34,881 nt of DNA from an uncultured Nitrospiraceae bacterium (GTDB taxonomy: Bacteria; Hydrogenedentota; Hydrogenedentia; Hydrogenedentales; SLHB01). The stretch lies in contig CAYVOE010000003.1 of the NCBI GenBank assembly GCA_964452795.1, positions 1 through 34,881 of the forward strand, given 5' to 3'. The number at the start of each line of letters is the position of its first letter. The first letter of the stretch is position 1. Under the pieces are notes generated by a model. It ran no database searches. It was not told the origin of the DNA and worked only from the letters and a program-made list of their open reading frames with translations. Shown in pieces: positions 9,855 through 18,300 of the stretch. The position numbers and the translations under genes are program-made.

Positions 9855-10762
9855 GGCTTCTTCCCCGCGTCGTCGTCCGATCCGCCCCGGTCGCGGAAGG
9901 CCGACATGGCGGCGCCCAACAGGCCGAAGAGCAGAAGCGGCGGCAGCCCCATCTTGAAGACGCTGTGCTGAATTGTCTCGGTGAGCCGCGGGATGGGATC
10001 CTCGCCGAGGGTCAGGAAATCGAGCTCTTCGAAAGGCCGCGACGCCAGGTACAGCCAGGCGGTCCCCCCCACTTCGCGCTCGCCGTAGACCCGGGGATGG
10101 TAACGGTCCGGATCGGCGGCAATCTTCTGGTGGGCCAGCTCGAGCAGGTCCGCCCGTTTGCCGAAAGTGAGGCACATGGGCGGGCACATCTCGGCGCAGG
10201 CGGGGATCTTGCCCCGGCCGGTGAGCTGCTCGAAGCACAGCCCGCACTTCTGCACCCGGGGCGTCAGGGGATTGTCGTACTCGTAGGCCGGTATCTGGAA
10301 GGGACAGGCCACCATGCAGTAGCGGCAGCCCATGCACTTCCAGGCGTCGTAGGTGACCGCGCCGATGTCGTTGCGCCGCAGGGCCCCCACCAGGCACGCC
10401 GACACGCAGGCCGGCTCGAGGCAGTGCATGCACTGAGTCTTGACGTGGATGGGCTTGTCGGGGTCGTCGGGATTGTCGTAGCGGTTCACCACGGTGAAGG
10501 CGTCGGCGGTGGGACGGCGCCGCTCGGCGAAAACGGACGTATCCTCGTAGTGTTCGAGGGGCAAATCCGTCAGGCCGTTGGACCGGTTGCAGGCCCACTC
10601 GCACTTCCGGCACCCGATGCACTCGGTGGTGTCGACGAGCACCCCCATGCCGTCGACGGCCGCCGGACCACTCCCCGCGGCTTGGGCCGGACCGGCCGCC
10701 GCGGCGCCGAGTGCGCCCGCGCCGGCCACTTGAAGGAACCGCCGCCTGTCCATACTGCTCAC
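9851..10762 (-). CDS. hybA: Tat-exported 4Fe-4S dicluster protein (HybA/HmcB-like)
   Basis: Twin-arginine signal MDRRRFLQ; Cys clusters CIGCRKCEWAC, CMHCLEPACVSAC, CMGCRYCMVACP, CGLC...PACAEMCP; C-terminal TM anchor; start GTG 10762 (or ATG 10753) after AAGGGGA. Confidence 0.92.
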   Translation of the reverse strand: MSSMDRRRFLQVAGAGALGAAAAGPAQAAGSGPAAVDGMGVLVDTTECIGCRKCEWACNRSNGLTDLPLEHYEDTSVFAERRRPTADAFTVVNRYDNPDDPDKPIHVKTQCMHCLEPACVSACLVGALRRNDIGAVTYDAWKCMGCRYCMVACPFQIPAYEYDNPLTPRVQKCGLCFEQLTGRGKIPACAEMCPPMCLTFGKRADLLELAHQKIAADPDRYHPRVYGEREVGGTAWLYLASRPFEELDFLTLGEDPIPRLTETIQHSVFKMGLPPLLLFGLLGAAMSAFRDRGGSDDDAGKKP

Positions 10763-10984
10763 GTTCGTTCCCCTTCGATGCGTCGAGCCGGCGCTGAGTC
10801 CTCCCCCGGACTCGTTGATGGACACCTCTGATTGGGCACAGTTCTCGGCCGGGAAGAGCAACTCCCATACCCACAAGGACCGGCACGAGTCGCCGAAGGT
10901 ACAAGTGGATAAATATCAGGCATTTGCGACTGCTGCCGCAGGCAGAGGAACGAACCAGCCGGGACGTCCGATACATCTCTGCTC

Positions 10985-11011
10985 AGGACAGATCTGTCCT
11001 ACGTAAGGACA
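10985..11011. promoter_or_regulatory. Perfect 16-bp palindromic operator plus a third half-site
   Basis: AGGACAGATCTGTCCT (10985-11000) is its own reverse complement; an extra AGGACA lies at 11006-11011; located between the divergent hybA and UDG genes. Confidence 0.55.
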
Positions 11012-11122
11012 CCCGCCCCTACCCCGACAGGGGGCTTCTCTGGGTCCCGTCTCGGAATATTCCCGGTGGGTGGCTAGTGTTGACCCGCCAAAGAGGCGGA
11101 TCCGTTGCAGGAGGACTGGGTT

Positions 11123-11737
11123 GTGAAGGCGAGCGCGGAACTGAGCCCGCAGGAGAAGCTGGACCGGCTCCTCGAGGAGGTGCGGGCGTGCCGCGTGTGC
11201 GCGTCGCAACTGCCGCTGGGACCGCGGCCCGTGCTTCGGGCCCGGGCGTCGTCGGTGCTCCTGATCGCGGGACAGGCGCCGGGGCTGCGGGTCCATCGGT
11301 CGGGCATTCCCTGGAACGATCGGAGCGGCGACCAGCTGCGGGAGTGGCTCGGCCTGAGCCGGGAGGCCTTCTACGACGAATCGCGCATCGCCATCGTTCC
11401 CACGGGCCTGTGTTATCCGGGGACCAAGGAAAAAGGCGGCGACTATCCGCCGCGGAAGGAATGCGCGCCCCTGTGGCATCGCCGCATCCGGGCCCACCTG
11501 CCCAACATCCGGTTGACGCTGCTGGTGGGGATGTACGGGCAGCAGTTCTGGCTCGGCGATCGGAGAAAGGCGACGCTGACGGAGACCGTCCGGGCCTACG
11601 AAGAGTATCTGCCCGAGTACTGGCCTCTGCCGCACCCGTCCTTTCGCAACCGGCACTGGCACGCGACGAACCCGTGGTTTCGCGCGGAGGTGGTGCCGCG
11701 CCTTCGGGAGACCGTTCACCGGCTTCTCGAGGGCTGA
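11123..11737 (+). CDS. Uracil-DNA glycosylase superfamily protein (family 4-like)
   Basis: EVRACRVC, LIAGQAPG, GIPWNDRSGDQLREWLG, CYPG, PPRKECAPLWH, LPHPS; RBS GGAGGA before GTG 11123. Confidence 0.9.
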   Translation: MKASAELSPQEKLDRLLEEVRACRVCASQLPLGPRPVLRARASSVLLIAGQAPGLRVHRSGIPWNDRSGDQLREWLGLSREAFYDESRIAIVPTGLCYPGTKEKGGDYPPRKECAPLWHRRIRAHLPNIRLTLLVGMYGQQFWLGDRRKATLTETVRAYEEYLPEYWPLPHPSFRNRHWHATNPWFRAEVVPRLRETVHRLLEG

Positions 11738-11740
11738 GCC

Positions 11741-13522
11741 CTATTCGGCGGCGTTCTCCCAATCCGGTACGAGGCGCACCGTCACCTCGAGAGGTCCGGC
11801 CGGGGCGGAAGTCCGCAGCACCAGACGCCGGACGCCCTTGTTCTCCCGTTCGGGGGGCGCCTGTTCCGCCGACTCCTCGGAGAAGACCGCACCCTCGGGC
11901 GACAGGATGCGGGCGAAGAGGCGCTTTCCGTCCTGGGTCAGGACCGCGTCGCCGGAGTCCCGGATCTCGATGACGGCGTCGGTCGTCATGCCCCACAGCA
12001 CGTCGCAGGGCGCGGAAAGCTCGAAGCGGTCGCGGATCTCGACTTCCCGTCGAGCGGAAACCAGCGCCACTTCGCGCAGGGCGGACGAGGCGAACTCCGG
12101 GTAGGCCGACGTAAGGTCGATGGTCACCCGGGCCTCGTCGGGACGGGATTCGAAGGACGTCACCTTCGCCGCCGCTTCTTCGTCCTGGTCCTTCCCGTCC
12201 AGCATGGGGACGTTGTGGCTCGCCGACCGCATGCGGTAGTACTGCCAGCGGACGCCGCCCTTGGCCTTGTCCCAGTACCGCGGCAGGTTGTAGTCGTCGG
12301 CGCCGAGGTCGCGGGCCCACCGCACGCCCAGGGCGTCGAGCTCGAAGTTCCCGAGGTCGAGGTGGCCGTGGTTGACCTGGTTGTACCCCCCTTTGACGCC
12401 GACGAAGAGGGCGTTGGGGTCGTCCCAGGCGCTGCGCATCACGACGATGTCCACGGGGCTGCGGAAGTGGCGGTCGAGGTCGCGGGGGGCCTCCTTCCCC
12501 GAGGGCGGCACGTACCATACTACGTGTTCCGCCTGGGCCGAGCGGTCCTCGAGGAGGGCGTGCTCGGCGTCGGCCACGGCGGCGTCGCCATACTTCCGGG
12601 CGAGCCAGAACATGCAGGACATGGGCCCGCGGGCGCTGCGCTCGCCGCTGTCGGCGTAGTTCAGGTAGAGCCCGGTGGGACCGGTGGTGTAGACGGGGAA
12701 GAGCCCCGTGGCGCGCAGGCCGGGGCGGTCCGACAGGCCGAAATCGGTGCCCAGGGCCGTATCGAGGGCGCAGAGGCCGTAGGCGGTGTAGCGCGTGGCG
12801 TAGTGTCAGTAGCCGGGCCCTTCCATCCAGGCGCCGTCGGGGTTGTAGGCGTCCAGTGCCGGGGGAAGGGACGCCACGGCCCGGGGAACGATGGTCTCGG
12901 CGTAGTTCGGGTCGGTCTCGGCGATGGCGAGGGCGCCCACGACCATGCCGGCGTTGCAGACGTTGTTCCAGTTGAATTCCGACTTCGTCCACCAGTGTCC
13001 TTCTTCGTAGGCGATGAGCCCCGGCTTCAGGCCCTTCTCGACGATGGCCGTCTTGATGCGCGCGCGGGAATCCTCGCTCAGCCAGTGGAAGAGCCAGTCG
13101 TAGCCCACGGCGGTGGCGTGGGTCATCTCGGCGGTGTCGAGGAAGTGGGACGGGTTCCAGTCGGGAAAGTCCGACACCGTCAGCAGGTTCGATTCGGCTC
13201 CGCGGGCGTAGCGTTCGTCGCCGGTCCAGCGCCAGGCCAGCCCCAGGGTGTAGACCCGCCTCAGGCAATCCCGGCTCACGTGGAGCAGGCGCGGCCCTAC
13301 CAGCTTGTGTTCGAGGACCGGAGCGTCGAGGGTCTTGTCGGCCTGCTCGATGACCTGGGCCACCATGCGGCTCAGGGCCGGGTCGCTGGGCTCGGCGGCC
13401 TTCAACGCGTCCAGTTCCTCGGCGGTCAGCATGAGCCGCGGATGGTCGGCCCGCAGCGTATCCAGGACAATGGCGGCGTCGACTTCTCCGGCCGCCAGCA
13501 ACATGAACACAACGGTCACCAC
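11741..13522 (-). pseudogene. Heparinase II/III-like (DUF4962-type) polysaccharide lyase gene interrupted by in-frame TGA at 12806-12808
   Basis: ORFs 12806..13540 and 11741..12622 share a frame; read-through gives ...HPRL...NWNNVCNAG...DGAWMEGPGY*HYATRY...YLNYADS...HGHLDLGNFELDALGVRWARDLG...SHNV; no other stop. Confidence 0.8.
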
Positions 13523-13711
13523 GGTCACCTCTCCTCTCAAGCTGTGTGGCGCAAGTGCAAGTGGACGAAATCGCGTTGGTAGTCCCCTTTCAGCGACTCG
13601 CGCAACGTCCTCCCGTCGGCGTCCGAACCGCGGTCCAAGTCGTCACTGTAGACACCGATGCTCCGAACTGCAAGTAGCCGTTCGACACCCCGCCGTTGCG
13701 CCTCGGCTCGC

Positions 13712-14218
13712 TCAGTGGGTCCGCCGTGTCTTGCCTCCTGACCGTTTGGATGGCGTTTCCGCGTTCCCCGCCTCCTTGGACCGTCGTGTTCGCTGCTTCT
13801 CCGAATCCAGGCCTGTTCTTATGTCCATGAGGGGGATTGTGAACGGTCCTCCCGGACAGAACGCCGTTGCTTGAAGCACCACACCTCGGGCCAAACCCAT
13901 GAGGTTTGCGACCGGCAGGTGGGGTATATAGCTCGGGACTTTGTCTTCAGGGAAGCCGTCGGGCAATCGGAAGAACCCTTCGAGCTCAACCAGGATCTTC
14001 TTGAAGCGCGCCCCGGGCTGGTCCGGCCAAGTGAGCTTCAGGCAAAGACGCACGCGAAATCGTGGCTCCGTCTTGTGTTTGCCGAACTTTGTCTGAATCT
14101 GGCAGGCGAACTTCTCCTCCTGCGCGGGACCGCCGCTCGATCCCTCCTCCGGCGAGGTCTCGACGACCAGACGATGGACAACAAAATGCTCAAGCTGCAA
14201 AGGCGAGGGGGAAGCCAT
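13712..14218 (-). CDS. SecB-like chaperone (third gene of toxin-antitoxin-chaperone module)
   Basis: SPLQLEHFVVHRLVVE start, central beta strands (RFRVRLCLKL, KILVELEGFF), helix ANLMGLARGVVLQATA and GGPFTIPLMDI, matching the SecB layout; ATG 14218 overlaps the antitoxin 3' end. Confidence 0.75.
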   Translation of the reverse strand: MASPSPLQLEHFVVHRLVVETSPEEGSSGGPAQEEKFACQIQTKFGKHKTEPRFRVRLCLKLTWPDQPGARFKKILVELEGFFRLPDGFPEDKVPSYIPHLPVANLMGLARGVVLQATAFCPGGPFTIPLMDIRTGLDSEKQRTRRSKEAGNAETPSKRSGGKTRRTH

Positions 14219-14633
14219 CGGCCGTGTACACCTCATCTTCCGGCTCCGATTCAAACGGGACGAAGTCGTACCGTTCCGGGGATACGACCGAGGTCCCTTC
14301 GAGGCTCACTTCGCAGTCCACCTCTTCGGATGTTACGGCATCGTATTCGCGGTTCATGGTTTGCGGACAAAGAACCGGTTCGCTCCATTCGGCATCCAGC
14401 GCCCAGGCAATTCGAGCCAGGCTGCGAAGCGTGAGATTCGCGTTATAGTTCAGCAGTTTCGAAACGTAAGGCTGGCTCACGCCCAACCTGGCCGCCAGGT
14501 CGCTCTGGGTAATACCGAGCTCGCGCATGCGACGACGGATCGCTCCGTTCACGCGCAAGACGAGCATCTCGGTCAGAAAGTCGGGGTCTTGCTGCAGTTC
14601 CTCCTGTAACGCCTCGCCCCACGTCTTCTCCAT
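14190..14633 (-). CDS. XRE/HTH antitoxin (HigA-like) with acidic C-terminal extension (ChAD-like)
   Basis: IRRRMRELGITQSDLAARLGVSQPYVSKLLNYNANLTLRSLARIAWAL HTH; ~60-aa acidic tail ending ...ADGFPLAFAA; RBS GGGGAG; start adjacent to the toxin stop. Confidence 0.85.
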   Translation of the reverse strand: MEKTWGEALQEELQQDPDFLTEMLVLRVNGAIRRRMRELGITQSDLAARLGVSQPYVSKLLNYNANLTLRSLARIAWALDAEWSEPVLCPQTMNREYDAVTSEEVDCEVSLEGTSVVSPERYDFVPFESEPEDEVYTADGFPLAFAA

Positions 14634-14635
14634 CT

Positions 14636-15079
14636 TCACCTTCTCCCCTGCGTATGGCCTGCCCATGTCGGCGCACGATCCTGCTCCATGGGCCACTGAC
14701 TGTTCTGATACTTCTTCCTGAACTCTATGACTTCGTTGATCTGGATGTCTTGCTCCTTCTTCGGCCCCTTTTTCCAGCCGCGTTCGAGCACAAGTATGTG
14801 GCGCCGAGTGTGATCCCAGAAACCGAAGAGGCGAATGCCATCGGATTTAGACTTGAGCTCGATGATGTCACCACGGACGATTTCACACTTCGACTTGTCA
14901 AGGTCATCGATACCCCGTTCCGTGATGTACTGAAACAGAGCGATAACGCGCTTCTTGGCATCTTTGTTCGATTCGAAGACTGTCTTGAGGAAAGACTCGA
15001 CCTTGCACCGTCCGGAGTCCAGGACGATGCCGCATACTTCAAACTGCTTCCCCTTCACTAGCCTCCGCAATGAACCCAT
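14636..15079 (-). CDS. RelE/HigB (Gp49-like) toxin
   Basis: GRCKVESFL, IIELKSKSDGIRLFGFW, ILVLERGWKKG pattern typical of HigB/Gp49 RelE-fold toxins; toxin-first gene order. Confidence 0.78.
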   Translation of the reverse strand: MGSLRRLVKGKQFEVCGIVLDSGRCKVESFLKTVFESNKDAKKRVIALFQYITERGIDDLDKSKCEIVRGDIIELKSKSDGIRLFGFWDHTRRHILVLERGWKKGPKKEQDIQINEVIEFRKKYQNSQWPMEQDRAPTWAGHTQGRR

Positions 15080-15085
15080 CGACAG

Positions 15086-15114
15086 ATTATAACCTATGAG
15101 TTATACCCCGTCAA
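15086..15114 (-). promoter_or_regulatory. Consensus sigma70 promoter with overlapping palindromic operator of the TAC operon
   Basis: Minus strand TTGACG (15114-15109) - 17 nt - TATAAT (15091-15086); palindrome TATAAC-N6-GTTATA at 15088-15105; ATG follows 6 nt after the -10. Confidence 0.8.
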
Positions 15115-15307
15115 GACGGCTTTACTTTTTCTTTCCGCCGCGCCGTACGGTTGGGACGAAATCTCGTGACTCTATTATTACATAATTCTCGTGACGCGCC
15201 GCAGCACCACGGATTTCCTGTTTCATTTGGCAGATGCAGTCGAATCCACCATCACGGCCACATGGTTCATGTGGCAGATGCGGCCACGCGAGTTCAGTTC
15301 CTGACTC

Positions 15308-15348
15308 AAGAAAGAAGAATGCCGCCGCGGGGGGAGTTCCGCGGCGGC
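15308..15348 (-). terminator. Intrinsic terminator of the pil operon
   Basis: GCCGCCGCGG/CCGCGGCGGC 10-bp stem followed by ATTCTTCTTTCTT on minus, 20 nt after the pilQ stop. Confidence 0.75.
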
Positions 15349-15368
15349 GTGGGTCGGTGCGAGGGGTG

Positions 15369-18300
15369 TTACTTGGCGCGGCGCCATTTCCAGGCGGGGT
15401 CGCGCATTTCGCCGGGTTTGGCCATGGAACGGAACATGGCGCGCTGGGAATCGGGCACCCGGGGCGTGGCGCCGAGTTCGTCGTAGGCGGCCTGTTCCTC
15501 GGGGGTAAGCTCGGGCAGATCGATGCCGAGGACGTGGCAGGTGAGGAAGATCATCAGCTCGGTGTTGGTCTTCTCGCTGCGCGTGTTGCGGAACAGGAAG
15601 TTGATCACCGGCACGTCGCCCAGCACCGGCACCTTGGACACCTCGAGGCGGTCGGCGTGGTTGCGCAGGCCGCCGATGAAGATGGTCTGGCCGTCCTTGA
15701 CGGTCAGGGTGGTCTCGGCCTCGCGCTTGTCTTCGATGGGCACGCCGGTGTCGGTGAGCCCGCTCACGGAGCTCTGCTTGGCCGAGATGTTGGCGATGAT
15801 GTCGTTCAGATGGGTGACCCGAGGCGACACATCGAGGGTGACGCCGATGGGCTTGAACTCGGTGGTGGCCACGGGCGGTCCCTGGGTGGTCTGGGTAATC
15901 TCCTGGTAGGGGAACTCCTGGACGATGCTGATGCGACCGGTCTCGTTCTCGACGATGACGATCTGCGGGTTGGCCAGGATCTTGGCGTTCGAGTTGCTCA
16001 CCTCGGCGGCGATGGCGGCCTGGAAGTCGATGTCGCTCGACAGGATGTTGAAGCTCAGGAGGCCCGCATCAAGGGCGCTGGTCCCCACGTTTCCGAGGTT
16101 GGTGCCGAAGTCGAGATCCTGGAGGCTGCCGACGATCTCGCCCCGGGTGTTGCGATCCCGGACGATGCTGAGCAGCCACTGGGTGCCCGTTTCCGACGAG
16201 TCGGACAGGACGGCATCGACGATCATGGACTCGATGGCGACCTGCTTGACGGGGATGTCGATGGTCTGGATCAGGGCCCGCACCTGCTCGACCACGGCCG
16301 GGATGTCGGTGACGATGAGGTGGCGTCCGCGGGGATCGACGGCGGCGTTTCCGACGTCGGTCGACAGCATGCCTTCGACCATCTGGATCACGTCGTCCGG
16401 CTCGGCGTAGTTGAGCTTGATGGCCTCGGTCACGGTGGGGGTCACGGGTTCGGCGACGTCGAGGGCGTTCGCCAGGGTCACCAACTGGTTGACCCGCTCA
16501 GGCGGACCCGAGATGACCAGGACGTTGGTGGCGCCGTTGGCGGCCACGGAGACGGAGCGGTCCGCCTCGCCCTGGAGGATGGCGTCGAGGGTGAGCTTGA
16601 TCTCCTCGACGCCGGCGTTGTCGAGGGTGACCATCTCGGTGGTGCGCTTGGTGACGAGGGCCTGCTCGTACGGGATGATGCGGTAGACGCCCTCTTCCTC
16701 GACGAGGCCGAGGTCGTGCATGCGCAGCACCATCTCGAGGGCCTGGCGCAGGGGCACGCGCTTGATGCTGGCGGTCACGGTGCCGGTGAGCTCGGTGCCG
16801 GCGATGACGTTGATGCCCGCCTTGCGCGCCAGGAGCGCCACGAAATTGCTGAGGTCCATCTCGCGCAGGTCGAGGTTGACGGGTTCGTAGAGGGCGCTCG
16901 CGTCTCCCACGACCTCCTCGACGGGCTCCGCGGTCTCCACGTTCTCGACCGGGATGGGCGCGGCCACTACGACGCTGCGCGTCGGCGCGGGCGCGGGTTC
17001 GGGCGCCGCGGGCGGCGGAGGAATGGCCTCGGCCGGCTCGGGCGCGGGCTCTTCCGACGCGACGGGCTCGGCGGGAATCTCGACGGCCAGGACGGAGGCC
17101 TCGCCGGCGGGGGCTTCGCCCGACACGGCTTCGCTTTCGGCCTGGGCCGTCAGCATCGCGGGGGCCAGGCGTTCGAGGGCGCCCGACAGGGTCGCCGCCG
17201 GGGAAAGGCTCGCGAGGCCCAGGTCCACCTGTGCCGTCTGCACGGCTTCGATGGCGGCAGGGGCCGGGGCGAGGGCCGCGTCTTCGGTCTTCAACGGCTC
17301 GGAGGCCTTCGCGGGAAGGGCCGTCTTGAGCTTGCGGAACTCGGCATCGAGCCGGGCCAGCGAAGGCTCGCCTTCTTTGGAAGGCGCCGCCGCGGCGACC
17401 TGCACGCGCGATTCCGCCTCGCGACCAAGGGCGTCGAGGACGGCATGCACTTCGGCGAGTTCCGTGGCGAGCGACTCGAGCTCCGCGCGATGGGTCGCGT
17501 CGAGGGCGTCGGCGCGCTCGGCCCACTCGGCATAGGGCGCTCGGTCGTCGTCAGCCAGGCGGGCCTGTTTTCCTTCCAAGACTTCCAGGACGCGGCGGGC
17601 GGAATCGTCTTCCGCGGCGCCGTCCTCCAACCGGGCCTCGAGGGACCGGAGGTCTTCGAGGTCGCGGCGGATGCGGTCGTTGATTTTCTCGGCGTGGGCG
17701 CGGGACTCGGCGGCCAGGACCTGCTGGGCGGCGTCGTATCGGGCGACGAGCTCGCGGGCGCGGGCTTTGACGTCGTGGCACCGGGCTTCCACGTCGGCGA
17801 GGCGCGACTCCGTGTCGTTTGCAGCGGCCTCCGCACCGGCCGGATCGGTCAGGCGGGCGAGGCTTCGGGCCAGGTGCGTCGACTTGGCTCCCTGGAGCGA
17901 GACGACGCAGGCCGTGGCGGCTTCGTCGACGGACGATTCGAGGGCGAAGTGCCGGTCGCGGGCGCGGGCCAGGCGCTCTTCGAGGCGGGCCTGTTCGACG
18001 GCCACGGATCGGGCTTCGGCGTCGAGCCGTTCCCCGAGGTCGCGGGCGGCGGTCCGCAGGGGCGACGCTTCCAGGCCGGACACGGGGGCGCAGACCACCC
18101 GCAGCGCGCCGTCTTCGAAGGTCATCCGGGGCGCGCAGGGCTCGGCGAGCTCGATCACCACGCGGGAGACGAACTGGGGTTCGAAGGCGTAGAGGCTGGT
18201 GCGGACGGCGCGGATCGGCGCGGCCTTTTCAGGCTCCAGCTTGGACCCCGACATGGGATTCAGGGTGTTGTAGAGGTCGACGGCGAGCTTGCGACCGCCG

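Noticed and set aside
9855-10976. 782-aa version of the NrfD protein
   Set aside because: The N-terminal extension overlaps hybA in another frame; the real start is the ATG at 9854 coupled to the hybA stop
12760-12808. Selenocysteine or genetic code 4/25 reading of the in-frame TGA
   Set aside because: Position corresponds to an expected Trp rather than Cys, no convincing SECIS hairpin follows, and many genes here (hybA, UDG, pilM, toxin) terminate at TGA
15165-15200. Xer dif-like site (TTATGTAATAA on minus)
   Set aside because: Poor match to the XerD arm and no recognisable XerC arm
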